A stretch of 64,000 nucleotides of DNA from Nitrospirota bacterium (GTDB lineage: Bacteria > Nitrospirota > UBA9217). Each line of letters opens with the position of its first letter. The first letter of the stretch is position 1. Under the pieces are notes generated by a model. That model was not told the origin of the DNA, did no database searches, and saw only the letters and a program-made list of their open reading frames with translations. The translations under genes and the position numbers were made by a program. Location: assembly GCA_963749655.1 (NCBI GenBank), contig CAVVOB010000024.1, positions 156,926 to 220,925 on the forward strand. Reading direction: 5' to 3'. Positions 21,589 to 32,601 of the stretch are shown here, one piece after another.

Positions 21589-22715
21589 CAGGAACCTCCT
21601 TCGAGGACCTTTCTCACCCCTTCGTGCATGATCCGCCCCTGGCGGGTAAAAAGACTTCCCGCCACGATCTCGTCGTTCCAGTCCAGCGCCAGCTCTCCCT
21701 TTTTAATGAAAGGCGAGAGAAAATTGAACAGGTTTCTCGCGTACATTTCCGAGGCGTGGACCGGCATGCGTGAAGCGAGATTGATCGTTCCCACGATCGT
21801 GACCCCGTCCTTGACCACGGTTTCTCCCGGCCGGGACCCGTCCACATTGCCCCCGCTGTCGGCTGCCATGTCAACGATGATCGCGCCTGTCTTCATTCGG
21901 CCAACCATGTCGGCGGTGACGATAAGAGGGCTCTTCCTGCCCGGGATCGCCGCCGTGGTGATCAGGACATCGACCTGGGAGATCGCCTTCGACAGTTTCT
22001 CCTGCTGCGCCAGCCGCTCGTCCTGCGTCAATTCCCGGGCATAACCGCCGCTGCCCACGGCGGACACGCCCGTATCCACGAACCGCGCCCCGAGGGATTC
22101 GACCTGCTCCCGCGTCTCGGGCCGCACGTCATATGCCTCAACCACGGCGCCCAACCGGTGCGCGGTGGCGATGGCCTGCAGGCCCGCGACCCCCGCGCCG
22201 ATCACGAGCACCCTGGCGGGGCGGAGCGTGCCGGCCGCATAGGTGATCATGGGGAAAAATTTGGGGGAGATGACGCCCGCGATAAGGGCGCACTGATAGC
22301 CGGCCACCGTGGCCTGGGAAGAGAGCGCATCCATACTCTGCGCCCGCGAGATGCGCGGGATGAGTTCGACTGCAAAGCTCGTGATATTCCGATCGCACAG
22401 CAGGCGCGCCCGCTGCCGGTCCTCGTAGGGATGAAGGAAACCGATCAGAACGGTATCGGGCCGCATGAGCGCGATCTCCTCCAAGGACGGGGGTTGGACC
22501 TTCAAAACGACGTCCGATCGGGTGTATACTTCTGCTCCCGAGATCACGCACGTAGCGCCGAATTCCTCGTCGCTGAAAAAGCTGGCCGCGCCCGCGCCCC
22601 GCTCCAGGCACACTTCCGCACCCAGGGAGACGAATTTCTTCGCCACGTCGGGAACAATAGCAACCCGCTTCTCTCCCAGCGCTTTCTCTTTCATTACACC
22701 GATAGTAAGAGGCAT
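21588..22715 (-). CDS. pntA: NAD(P) transhydrogenase alpha subunit part 1
   Basis: PRISRAQSMDALSS, GAGVAGLQA, GGYA. Confidence 0.95.
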   Translation of the reverse strand: MPLTIGVMKEKALGEKRVAIVPDVAKKFVSLGAEVCLERGAGAASFFSDEEFGATCVISGAEVYTRSDVVLKVQPPSLEEIALMRPDTVLIGFLHPYEDRQRARLLCDRNITSFAVELIPRISRAQSMDALSSQATVAGYQCALIAGVISPKFFPMITYAAGTLRPARVLVIGAGVAGLQAIATAHRLGAVVEAYDVRPETREQVESLGARFVDTGVSAVGSGGYARELTQDERLAQQEKLSKAISQVDVLITTAAIPGRKSPLIVTADMVGRMKTGAIIVDMAADSGGNVDGSRPGETVVKDGVTIVGTINLASRMPVHASEMYARNLFNFLSPFIKKGELALDWNDEIVAGSLFTRQGRIMHEGVRKVLEGGS

Positions 22716-22929
22716 GAACTCCCCCTCCCCGCCTGCCGACAAGACGAGTTTGCTCCGGCTGCCGGGGGCAAGAACGACCATCTCTCTATCTTGTTTAATT
22801 ATACCTTCTTTTTCCTGCAGCTCGCTCAGCAGCAGAATCAGCAGTGCCCGGTTCCGGACTGCGGAGTTTGGACAGGATTGTCCTTCTGATTCCTTGACCG
22901 GATACTGCCATCGATTATAATAGAAGGAT

Positions 22930-23681
22930 ATGGAAAACGATCCCGATCATTTTGTCCGAAACCGTCTTGGCTGGCTCGTCCTGTTCGGCATTGCCATGGG
23001 ACTGCTGGAAGCGATCGTCGTAGTGTATCTGCGGGAGCTCTACTTCCCCCATGGCTTCCGCTTTCCCCTGCAATCCATGCCGCAGCGGATGGTCACGCTT
23101 GAGCTGCTGCGCGAGGCTTGCACGATAATCATGCTGGCGGCAGTTGCGGCTGTAAGCGTCAGGACCCTTCTGCAGCGATCCTCGGTGTTTCTCATCGCCT
23201 TCGGAGTGTGGGACATATTTTATTATGTATTCCTGAAGTTGCTCCTGGGCTGGCCGGACTCGCTTTTAACCTGGGACGTACTGTTCCTCATCCCCGTGAC
23301 GTGGCTCGGACCGGTTCTTGCGCCGCTTGTCTGTTCGGTTATCATGATCGCGTACGGCCTGCTCTGCATAAACCTGCGCTGGATTCACGGAACCGTGGAG
23401 AGCGGCCTGACAGGGTGGTTGCTCCTTGCTTCGGGCGCCGTCCTGTTTTGCTCACCTTTATTGCGGATTCTCTGTCAATCCTCGCCCGTCAGGAGCGATG
23501 GGGAGATTCAGCCGCCTTTCAGACAGCTATGGCAGCTCATGTACCGGGGAACTATCACTGGACGATCTTTCTAGCGGGAGAACTGTTGATAGCGGCGTCT
23601 GCGGTGATGATTTACCGAAAAACCATTCGCAAGGCTCGTGCCGGATACAGGCGAAACGTGCAGGAGAGAAAAAATAGCTGA
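22930..23681 (+). CDS. hypothetical membrane protein (frameshift ~23450)
   Basis: Hydrophobic; EAIVVVYLR, WDIFYY, WDVLFLIP; continues in second frame. Confidence 0.7.
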
Positions 23682-23694
23682 GGCAGGCGTATGG

Positions 23695-24450
23695 TCAGAC
23701 GATAATTCTTCTTCTCATCAGTTTGAAGGGGAACGGCGAAAGGACCGCCGCGGCTGTAATGAGCCAGACGATGCTCCCGAGCGCGTCACCGACAGCCCCG
23801 GAGGAGCATGCCCGGCAGACGACGACAAGGTGGTACAGCGGGGTGAACCAGGCGAGGTCCGCGACCACGCGCGGCATGGCGTCGAGGGGGAAGAAGATAC
23901 CCGAGAACAGGAACAGGGGGGTCATGAAGAGCGTGTAAAAATAACTGAAGGAATCTATCCCGGGAACGATGGCCCCGAACATGACTGAAAGCCCCGCAAA
24001 GATCAGTCCGCCTAGAAAAATGAAGGGGATCGCGAGCAGGATGAGCGGGGAATCGACCAGCCCGAACAGGGCGACCACGATGGTTATCGTGATCCCGAAG
24101 ATCACGCTCTTGGTCGCGCCCCAGAGCAGCTCGCCCGCGATAAGGTCGTCGAGGCCGACGGGCGTGGCGAGGATCGCGTCGAAGGTCTTCTGGAAGGTCA
24201 TCCTGATATACGTGCCGTAGGTGCACTCGTACACCGCGGCAAACACCGACGATGAAGCGACGATGCCCGGCGCGATGTACCGGATGTACGGCTGGCCGTG
24301 AATGTCCTTTACGAACGAACCGAGGCCGAGCCCCATGGCGACGAGGTACAGGGCCGGCTCCGCGAAGTTGAGCGCAAAACTCGTCTTGTACAGTTTGGTA
24401 TAGACCAGCCAGTGCCGCTGCCATACCCTGAAGGCGCGTTTAATCCGCAA
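23695..24450 (-). CDS. ABC-2 transporter permease (NodJ-like)
   Basis: FDAILATP, GELLW, LFSGIFFP. Confidence 0.9.
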   Translation of the reverse strand: MRIKRAFRVWQRHWLVYTKLYKTSFALNFAEPALYLVAMGLGLGSFVKDIHGQPYIRYIAPGIVASSSVFAAVYECTYGTYIRMTFQKTFDAILATPVGLDDLIAGELLWGATKSVIFGITITIVVALFGLVDSPLILLAIPFIFLGGLIFAGLSVMFGAIVPGIDSFSYFYTLFMTPLFLFSGIFFPLDAMPRVVADLAWFTPLYHLVVVCRACSSGAVGDALGSIVWLITAAAVLSPFPFKLMRRRIIV

Positions 24451-25171
24451 GGCTCCTCCCCGTCAGCTTGAGATAGACGTCCTCCAGATTCCCGCCGTGA
24501 ACGGACATGAGATGGACGGGCGAATCGATGGTCACGATCCTGCCCGAATCCATGATGGCCACGCGGTCGCAGAGCTTTTCCGCCTCTTCCATATAATGGG
24601 TCGTGAGCAAAAGGGTCGTGTTCTTCTTCTTGAGATGATTCAGCTTGTCCCAGACCGCCCGCCTGCTGTGGGGGTCAAGGCCCGTCGTGGGCTCGTCGAG
24701 GATCAGGATCTCGGGGTTGTTCAAGAGGGACCGGGCGAGCAGGAGCCGGTGCTTCATGCCGCCGGACAGCTGATCGATCTTCGCATCGGCCTTGTCCTGG
24801 AGCTCCACGAATTCAAGGAGCGTGCGGCCCAGGCGCAGCGAATTGTTCTTGCTGATGTCGAAGTACCGTCCGTAGACGATGAGGTTCTCGATGACCGAGA
24901 GGTCGGGGTCCAGGTTGTTGTCCTGGGGCATGACGCCGAGGCGCGACTTGATCTCGCCGGGGTTCACCGTCACGTCCATGCCCAGGACCGAGACCGACCC
25001 CGCCGTGGGCGGCATGAAGCATGACAGGATGCGCATCACCGTGGTCTTGCCTGCGCCGTTCGGGCCGAGAAAACCGAAAAACTCCCCCTGCCTGATCGAA
25101 AAGGACACGCCGTCAAGCGCGCGGAGGCCATTGTAGTTTTTAATGAGTGACGTTGCGGTGATGATGTCCAT
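24440..25171 (-). CDS. ABC transporter ATP-binding protein (NodI-like)
   Basis: GPNGAGKT, LSGGM, LDEPTTGLD, TTH. Confidence 0.93.
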   Translation of the reverse strand: MDIITATSLIKNYNGLRALDGVSFSIRQGEFFGFLGPNGAGKTTVMRILSCFMPPTAGSVSVLGMDVTVNPGEIKSRLGVMPQDNNLDPDLSVIENLIVYGRYFDISKNNSLRLGRTLLEFVELQDKADAKIDQLSGGMKHRLLLARSLLNNPEILILDEPTTGLDPHSRRAVWDKLNHLKKKNTTLLLTTHYMEEAEKLCDRVAIMDSGRIVTIDSPVHLMSVHGGNLEDVYLKLTGRSLAD

Positions 25172-25190
25172 AGATCCTGAAAACGCAGGG

Positions 25191-25323
25191 AACCACAGAT
25201 GAACACGGATGGACACTGATGAAAGGAAAAAACGGACGCGCAGGAAATAAAAATCCGCCTCCTGGCAATTCCGTTCGCGTCCTCAAACTTCTTATCCGTG
25301 TTTATCCGTGTTAATCCGTGGTT
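25191..25323. repeat. inverted pair of three decamer units (cacggat core)
   Basis: aaccacagatgaacacggatggacactgat ... atccgtgtttatccgtgttaatccgtggtt. Confidence 0.8.
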
Positions 25324-25336
25324 ACGATGACCTGTT

Positions 25337-26236
25337 TTATGAGTCCAAAGTCACCCGGTTCCTGCCCTCCTGCTTGCTGCGATACATCAGTCCGTCTGCA
25401 CGCTTTATGATCGAGTCGACCGTATCGCCGGCCCTGGCCAGCGTTGCTCCCAGGGAAATGGTCACGCGAAGCTCAGGCTCCAGGGGCAGACTCGACTGCT
25501 CGACGAGCGACCGGCACCGGTTGGCCGTGGATACGAGCTCGTCGCCCTCGACATTGGCGATGATGATGAGGTACTCCTCCCCGCCCCAGCGGCCGACGAC
25601 ATCGAAGGACCGCACGCAGTTCTGGAGCGTCCTCGCCACGGTCTTCAGCACCTCGTCCCCCTGGTCGTGGCCATACCGGTCGTTTACATTCTTGAAGCGG
25701 TCGATATCGATGAAGAGGACCCCGAATTTCCAGCCGTAGCGCTCGAGTTCCTCGATGCGGGAGCGCAGGGTGATCTCCGCATAGCGCCGGTTCGCGAGCC
25801 CCGTCAGTGCGTCCACGTACGCCATGCGCTCGAGTTCCGCGAGCCGTTCAAGGGCCACTGCCTGCGGCGTCGTGTTCGTAAAGACTTCCACGCCGCCGAT
25901 GATAGCGCCGCTCTCGTCACGGATCGGCGCCACCCGGATGGTTACCGGCACGCGGTGCCCGTTTTTGTGGTGCAGATAGAGGTCGCTGGTCCTGACGCCG
26001 CCGTCGCAGATCGTATCTGCCAGGGGGCAGATGCCGGTGCAGAGGCTGCGCCCTTCCTCGTCCACATGAACGAGGATGTTGTCTGAACAGAGCCTGCCGA
26101 CGACTTCGTCGGCCGTATACCCGGTGATGCGCTCCGCTCCCTTGTTCCAGTAGGTGAGCCTGCGGTCCTGGTCCACAAAATAGACGCCGTCATACAGATT
26201 GTCCAGGAGTGTCTTGTAAAAAGCATTGTTGATCAT
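25337..26236 (-). CDS. PAS-GGDEF diguanylate cyclase
   Basis: PAS (WNKGAERITGY), DALTGLANRR, DIDRFK, GRWGGEEY. Confidence 0.92.
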   Translation of the reverse strand: MINNAFYKTLLDNLYDGVYFVDQDRRLTYWNKGAERITGYTADEVVGRLCSDNILVHVDEEGRSLCTGICPLADTICDGGVRTSDLYLHHKNGHRVPVTIRVAPIRDESGAIIGGVEVFTNTTPQAVALERLAELERMAYVDALTGLANRRYAEITLRSRIEELERYGWKFGVLFIDIDRFKNVNDRYGHDQGDEVLKTVARTLQNCVRSFDVVGRWGGEEYLIIIANVEGDELVSTANRCRSLVEQSSLPLEPELRVTISLGATLARAGDTVDSIIKRADGLMYRSKQEGRNRVTLDS

Positions 26237-26258
26237 CAGGTCCTTACCAGCGGACAGG

Positions 26259-26534
26259 CTATTCCGGCGCATCGAGTCGTTTCTTTTCCGTGAGCGACTC
26301 CAGGCTTTTCAGGATTCCCCCGATCTTTTCCCGGAGGCGCAGCTTTACCGCCTGCAGCTGTTCAAGCTCCCCTGATGCGTCCCCTTTGCGGGCGAGCTCC
26401 TGCTCGAGCTCGACGATACGGGCCTCGAGCGTCTTGTTCCGGTCCAGGAGAGCCTGGATGCGCCGTTCGATTACGGCGAAGCGCTCCTCAAAGCCGGTCA
26501 CACTGCTGTCATCATCCGTTCTGGTCTGCACCAT
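26259..26534 (-). CDS. small coiled-coil protein, ZapB-like
   Basis: Heptad-rich (IERRIQALL...LEQEL...LREKIGGILKSL). Confidence 0.55.
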   Translation of the reverse strand: MVQTRTDDDSSVTGFEERFAVIERRIQALLDRNKTLEARIVELEQELARKGDASGELEQLQAVKLRLREKIGGILKSLESLTEKKRLDAPE

Positions 26535-26548
26535 GCTCTCCCGAGGCA

Positions 26549-28957
26549 TCAGGGGTTCTTCGCCTGCCGGTCGCTGTTCCCGGTCGTTGATGCGGCTCCG
26601 GGCCGCTGCGGGAACGGCTGCAGGTCGCCGGCGCCGCCGTAGATCCTTTTGTACTCTGCATAGTTCCGGAGCACCTTTTTTACGTACCCCCGGGTCTCCG
26701 CAAAGGGGATCCCTTCGACAAACACATCACGTTCGCTACCGTATCCGTATTTTTCGATCCAGAGCGATACAGCGTCCGGCCCGGCGTTGTACGCCGCGGC
26801 AACGAGCAGCGGATCGCCCTTGAAACGCTTCATGAGGTGGCTGATGTACCAGGTCCCGATGTTGATGCCCGTCTCGGAATCATACAATTTCCCGCGGTCG
26901 AAGCCCGCAAGCTTGATAAGCTGCGCAGCCCACTCTCCCGTGGCGGGCATGACCTGCATGAGCCCCCGCGCACCGGCAGGCGACTGGGCTGAAGCCGAAA
27001 ACTGGCTCTCCTCGCGGATGATCGCGGCGATAAAGTACGGGTCCTGGCCGTATTTCCTTGAATAGAGCAGGATCGAGTCCCAGTACCCCTGGGGGTAAGC
27101 CAGGAGCCACAGATCCCCGGAGGCGCCCGATGCGGAACCTTCGAGATATCGTTCGTAATTCCTGAGCACCAGCTGAAGCGAGCGGTAGTAATCGCCGAGT
27201 TCGAAGAACGCTTTGGAGAGTCCGATAAGCATGCCGCGTTTTTTCGGCAGACGGTCCTGCAAGGCCCATAGCTCACGGGCGGCCTCTTTCTTCATGTCAA
27301 GGTGCATGAGCTCCAGGGTTTTCGCAAAAGAAGGCACGGCAGACAGGACCTGCCTGGTCTCGTCGGTCCATACAGGCGGACCGATGTCGGTCTCGAAAGA
27401 AGCCAGGGGATCTTCCGGGCATGGCGTCTCCGTGCATGTCGACACGACCTCCGCATCGATTTCGACAGGGGCAACAGCGTCCTTTGACTCGATGCGGGCC
27501 AGGCGCTCCGAAGCGCGATACCCGTAGTAGGTGTAAGGACTTTTCTTCCGTACCCTGCTGTAATACGAAACCGCCCGCCCGGCGGCTCCCCGTTTTTCGG
27601 CCGACCTTCCCTGCCAGTAGCGGGCCTGGGCCACGAGAAACGAACGGGGATAACGGTTGATGAGCTCCTGGAGGCCCTGTTCCGCCTTTGCATACTCTCC
27701 AGCCGTATAGAAGGACCACGCCTTCCACCAGAGGGCGCTGTCGGCATACTTGCTGTCCGGGTACTCCCTGACGAGGCGGCCGTAGGACTTGAGCGCCTTC
27801 TCCATGTCGCCTGTTTCGCGGTAGATGTTGCCCGTAAGGAAGAGCGCATCGTCTGCCCAATCGGACTCGGGAAAACGGTCGAGGAGTTTCTGGAAGGTTG
27901 ATGTCCCGCGCTCCCAGTCCGCAAGCTTGCTGTAGGATTTGCCGGCCCAGTACAGGGCTTCGGGCGTGCGCTGGTCCACCGGATAATCGCGCACCATCTT
28001 TTCCAGGATGACCGCCGCGTCTCCCCGTTTCCCCAGGAAAAAGCAGGCTACTCCCGCCCGCAGCATAACTTCGGGCCGGATCTGCGGCGATGGATTCTTT
28101 TGAAGGACCTTCGTGAAGACGTCGAGCGCCATGTCGTACTGACTCGACCGGAAAAGGTTCACACCGCGCTCGTACAGATCGTCGATCGTGAGCTCGGGGA
28201 TTTCTGCGCCTCCGCCCTTCAAGTCCGCCAAACCCTGCTCGATCTCGCGGTCCGTGAAACGGTCGGGATACCGGACCCATACCGTACGGTAGGCGCGAAC
28301 CGCGTCCGCTAGCCGCGCCTCGGCGGTGTAAGCGCGGGCGAGGCCGAGGCCGGCTGCCGGTGCAAACTCGCTCCGGGGATTGTCCTGGAAGAATTTTTCC
28401 AGGACGTCGACGGCCGGGCCGTAGGCATAGGAGTTGAGAAGGGCAAGTCCCGTGCGAAAGGACGATTCCGGGACGAGAAAGCTGTTCGGGTAGTGATCCG
28501 TCACCTGCTGATAGAGCGCCGCGGCCTGGCTGAACCGGCCGCCCGCGGCATGGTGATCCGCAAGCAGGAACAGGGCATAGTCCGCCACTTCCGGGTACGC
28601 TTCCCGAACCCGAAGCATGGCTGCTTCAGCCTCGGAAGACCGCGCCTGAAGGATCAGAGCTTCCTCCGTAACGAAAAGCGCCCGCTTGTACCAGACCGTA
28701 TCAGGGAACTGTTCGATCACCTGGCGGGCGGCCGTGAGAGCGGCCTCGCCGTCGCTGCTCTTGAGAGCGTCCAGGGCGGATCTGAGCGCCTGATCAGGGT
28801 CTCCTGCAGCAGTGACAGCGACCCTGGCCTTAACGGCCGGTTTTGCAGAACGTGGGGGGACGACATCGGAAAGGTCGGGGCGATGGGACTGTCCGGAAGC
28901 ACAGGCCGTTAACAGCAACAGCGCACAGGGCGGTATGATCCTCTTCAGAAAGGGCAT
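26549..28957 (-). CDS. TPR-containing soluble lytic transglycosylase lipoprotein
   Basis: Lipobox LTAC; TPRs; SLT motifs IIREES, GLMQV, AAYNAG, ETRGYV. Confidence 0.92.
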   Translation of the reverse strand: MPFLKRIIPPCALLLLTACASGQSHRPDLSDVVPPRSAKPAVKARVAVTAAGDPDQALRSALDALKSSDGEAALTAARQVIEQFPDTVWYKRALFVTEEALILQARSSEAEAAMLRVREAYPEVADYALFLLADHHAAGGRFSQAAALYQQVTDHYPNSFLVPESSFRTGLALLNSYAYGPAVDVLEKFFQDNPRSEFAPAAGLGLARAYTAEARLADAVRAYRTVWVRYPDRFTDREIEQGLADLKGGGAEIPELTIDDLYERGVNLFRSSQYDMALDVFTKVLQKNPSPQIRPEVMLRAGVACFFLGKRGDAAVILEKMVRDYPVDQRTPEALYWAGKSYSKLADWERGTSTFQKLLDRFPESDWADDALFLTGNIYRETGDMEKALKSYGRLVREYPDSKYADSALWWKAWSFYTAGEYAKAEQGLQELINRYPRSFLVAQARYWQGRSAEKRGAAGRAVSYYSRVRKKSPYTYYGYRASERLARIESKDAVAPVEIDAEVVSTCTETPCPEDPLASFETDIGPPVWTDETRQVLSAVPSFAKTLELMHLDMKKEAARELWALQDRLPKKRGMLIGLSKAFFELGDYYRSLQLVLRNYERYLEGSASGASGDLWLLAYPQGYWDSILLYSRKYGQDPYFIAAIIREESQFSASAQSPAGARGLMQVMPATGEWAAQLIKLAGFDRGKLYDSETGINIGTWYISHLMKRFKGDPLLVAAAYNAGPDAVSLWIEKYGYGSERDVFVEGIPFAETRGYVKKVLRNYAEYKRIYGGAGDLQPFPQRPGAASTTGNSDRQAKNP

Positions 28958-29082
28958 AGAGCTGATGTGCAGACGATCCTCGCAAAAAGTATGATGACGC
29001 GCATGTTGGTCTATAATATAGTCCCCTGCAGTGCAAGTCAATAGAAGTTATGCGCGGCGAAAACGAGGGCTGAGGCGGGAAA

Positions 29083-29778
29083 TCAGGTGTTCCGGAGGAA
29101 CCGCGGCAGCTGGTCCCTGGCGGTCTCGAGGCGAAGGAGGAACCGCTCCTCGGGCGCAGTGATGGAGTCGGCGTTCTCGGACCGGGGAACAGGAGGCGTA
29201 TCAGGGCTGTAAACAAGCATATGAAAGGCGACCGAGGTGACGGGCTTGTCCGGAAGAGGCGGAGTCTCGAACTCGTTCACAAAATCGATCCACTGATCGG
29301 CCATCGCGATGTGCTTTGCCGTGATCCTGCTCCCGGAGATAGTCTGCGACCGTCTTCGCCGGTGAAGCGGATACGCCCGAACACACGTTCAGTTCGGGGA
29401 GCACGATGTGAGACCTGCCCTGATCATAGATCCTGCCCAGGGGAAAAAGACGGCAGGCAAGCGGCCGGCCTTCGTAGATGCGGCATCCCTTCCCGGTCCA
29501 AAAATGGCAGGCAGGATCGCGCGGCAGCATCACCAGCGGAAATCCCCTGTCCCGGCCGGTGTCGACGATATCAAGCAGGTCTTCGTAGCTCATTCTCGCG
29601 GCCCGGCAGATCAAGGGCGATCTCATAGGGGTTGAGGACCACGGGCGCGCTTTTCGTGCAGCAGTTGGACGTGCAGCCGTTGATGCCGCAGGAGAGCTGG
29701 ACGGGATCGGTATCCGATGAGTACCTGCGCGGAAGCTCCGGCGACGTAAAGTATATTCGGGGATTTACCTGACGACAT
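29083..29778 (-). CDS. YkgJ family cysteine-cluster protein (frameshifted)
   Basis: CGINGCTSNCC near start; CHFW...GCRIYEGRPLACRLFP. Confidence 0.8.
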
Positions 29779-29897
29779 GATCACCATTATAAAACAAAGG
29801 GGACACGGATTCTATGCCAAAATCCGTGTCCCCGTGACTTGTTTTCAGATTCAGAAGAGCTCCGCTGCGGGATTACGAACCGCCGCGGAAGTTCCAT

Positions 29898-30804
29898 TTA
29901 CTTCCCGATCAGCTTGCCGCCCGATCTCACATGCCAGACCACGAGAAGCGGGCTGGCCACGAAAATCGACGAGTACGTCCCTACGATCACGCCCATGAGA
30001 AGGGCCAGCGAAAAGTCGTGGAGCACGTCGCCGCCGAACAGGACGAGCGGGACGAGCACCAGGACCACGGTGAGCGAGGTGATGATCGTCCGGGACAGCA
30101 CTTCGTTGATGCTGTTGTTCACGACGCCGAAGAGCGGATCCTTTCTGTTGCGTCTTGAGGTTCTCGCGGATCCGGTCGAAGACGACGACCGTGTCGGTCA
30201 GCGAGTAGCCGGCAAGGGTCAGGAGCGCGGTGACGATGAGGAGGTTAATCTCCTTGTTCATGACGTAAAAGATACCGAGCACGGCGAGGATATCGTGGAC
30301 CGTCGCGATCGCCGCCGACACGCCGAACTTGAACTGAAAACGGAATGCGATGTAGACGATGATCGCGGCGATCGAAATCGTTATGGCCCAGAGCGCCTGG
30401 CCCTTGATGGCCTGTCCGATGACCGGTCCGATCTCGGTGATGCTCTCGACTTCAAAGGGATCTGCTGCGAACTCCTGCTTGAATACGGCCTGCACCTTGT
30501 CCGAAGTGCCCTCCGATTCCCGGAGCCGGATCAGGATGCTGTTTCCGTCCCCCACTTCCTGGATCGTCGATCCCTGAAAGCCGCTTTTTTCGAGCGCGGT
30601 CCTGGCCTGGTCGATGGGGATCTTGTTCTTGAACTTGAGCTGCACCGTCGTGCCGCCCACGAAATCGATGCCCAGGTTCGCCTTGCCGCGTCCGATCTGG
30701 ACCAGGCTGACGATGCCGAGAACGATGAGCAGCCCCGAGACCGCAAAGGAGACGGTTTTCCATCCCATGAAGTCGATGTTGGTTTTATGCAGAATTTGAA
30801 GCAT
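29898..30804 (-). CDS. secF: protein translocase SecF (frameshift ~30140)
   Basis: LGIDFVGG, GYSLTDTVVVFDRIRE, RTIITS, GTYSSIFVA. Confidence 0.95.
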
Positions 30805-30827
30805 TGCTTTCCTCCCGTGCAAACAGT

Positions 30828-30900
30828 AAGTGAAGAGTCAGGAGTCAGGAGTCGGGAGTTTTTCGTATTTTCTCCCTTACTCCTCCCGCCTCACTCCTTA
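30828..30900. repeat. heptamer repeat (gagtcag) with inverted degenerate arm
   Basis: gagtcaggagtcaggagtcgggagt ... actcctcccgcctcactcc. Confidence 0.6.
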
Positions 30901-30905
30901 CGGAT

Positions 30906-32477
30906 CTAAATGCTCAATTTCTCCAGCTTCCACTTCGTGTTGATGATGTCGAAGATCACCTTGGTACCGACCAGGGCGGAATAGAGGTTGATCATGATGC
31001 CGAGGCTGAGCGACACGGCAAATCCCTTGATGGGGCCCGTACCGAACATGAACAGCGCAGCGGCCGTAATGAGCGTCGTCACATGGGAGTCGAGGATCGT
31101 CAGGAACGCCTTGTCGTATCCCGAGTCGACGGCCGGCCGGGGAAGCTTGCCGGCGCGCACTTCTTCCCGGATGCGCTCGAACATGAGCACGTTGGAGTCC
31201 ACGCCCATGCCGATCGTCAGGATGATGCCGGCGATGCCGGGCAGGGTAAGCGTGGCGTTCAGCAGGGCCATGGCCCCGAGGAGCAGGACGAGGTTCAGCA
31301 CGATGGCGTAGTCTGCAATGACGCCCGACATCCGGTAGTAGACGACCATGAATACGATGACGAAAAGACCGCCGACGAGCGCCGCATGGACGCCCTTGTC
31401 GATGGAATCCTGGCCGAGCGACGGGCCGACGGTGATGTTCTGGATGATCTTCATGGGAGCGGGAAGCGATTCGCGCAGCACGATCGCCAGTTTGGCAGCC
31501 TCGTCATGGGTGAAGTTGCCGGTGATCTGGGCGTTGCCGCCGCTGATCCGGTCCTGGATCCGGGGGGCGGAATAGACGAGGCCGTCGAGCACGATCGCGA
31601 GCTGCTTGCCCACGTTGTCTCCCGTGATGCGGTCGAAGATCCGGGCGCCCTCGTTGTCGAAAGAGATGGACACGGCGGGCTTGTTGTACTGGTCGATCCC
31701 TACCTTGGCTTCCTTCAGGCGGTCGCCGGTCAGGAGCGTCTGCTTATACAGCAGGTACGGCCGCTTCACGATCTTGCCGGTCTCGTCCGTGTCCTCTCCG
31801 TAGAGTACCTCGCTGTCGGCGGGAACGTCGCCCGCCAGGGCCTTCTGAAGGTCGCCCACCGTGTTCAGCATCTTGAACTCGAGCCGTCCCGCGGTCTTGA
31901 TGAACGTGATCGCTTCCTGCGGGTTCTTGATACCGGGCAGCTGCAGGGAGATCTGGTCGTTCTGCTGCTTATAGATCTGCGGCTCGGCCACGCCGTACTT
32001 GTCGATCCTCCGGCGCGTACGCTCAAGGGCCTGGGTCACCGCCCACTCCTTGAGCCGCTTCACTTCGGCCGGCTTCATCGCGTACACGATTTCGCCCTTG
32101 GCCCTGTTCTTGATGTCGACGATCGCGTAGCTGTCCTTCACGAGCTTTTCGACCTTCTCGCTTTCGGCGTCGGAAGACTTCGCAACGATGTCCTGGCCCG
32201 TCCTGCTGAACGCAACCGGGATCTTCTGCTGCGAGGCGTTCGTCTGAAGATCGGCGACGATGTTGTCGATGGACGACTCCACCGCCTTGTCCGTGTCCAC
32301 CTGCATCACCAGGTGGCTGCCTCCCCTGAGGTCGAGGCCGAGCGATATTTTCGGCACGCTCCTGTGCCACCACCCGGGCAGGCTTTCCGAAATCGGTGTG
32401 GACGGCAACGAAAGGAACAGCGCTATCACGACCGAAAGGGCGATGAGCGCCACCCGCCACTGAATACTCTTTTTCAT
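30906..32477 (-). CDS. secD: protein translocase SecD
   Basis: LGLDLRGG, VGPSLG, GMGVDSNVLMFERIRE. Confidence 0.97.
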   Translation of the reverse strand: MKKSIQWRVALIALSVVIALFLSLPSTPISESLPGWWHRSVPKISLGLDLRGGSHLVMQVDTDKAVESSIDNIVADLQTNASQQKIPVAFSRTGQDIVAKSSDAESEKVEKLVKDSYAIVDIKNRAKGEIVYAMKPAEVKRLKEWAVTQALERTRRRIDKYGVAEPQIYKQQNDQISLQLPGIKNPQEAITFIKTAGRLEFKMLNTVGDLQKALAGDVPADSEVLYGEDTDETGKIVKRPYLLYKQTLLTGDRLKEAKVGIDQYNKPAVSISFDNEGARIFDRITGDNVGKQLAIVLDGLVYSAPRIQDRISGGNAQITGNFTHDEAAKLAIVLRESLPAPMKIIQNITVGPSLGQDSIDKGVHAALVGGLFVIVFMVVYYRMSGVIADYAIVLNLVLLLGAMALLNATLTLPGIAGIILTIGMGVDSNVLMFERIREEVRAGKLPRPAVDSGYDKAFLTILDSHVTTLITAAALFMFGTGPIKGFAVSLSLGIMINLYSALVGTKVIFDIINTKWKLEKLSI

Positions 32478-32601
32478 AACACATGCCTCCTGCTGGGATT
32501 CTAAATCTTCACAGTTGAACTGAGAGTAAGGATGTGAGGAGTCGGAGTCGAAGGATTGATTTCTCCGGAACCTTCGTCTTCTGCGGAAAACTCTTTACTT
32601 T

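Noticed and set aside
23695-25171. Nodulation genes nodIJ
   Set aside because: Generic ABC-2 exporter family; no nodABC.
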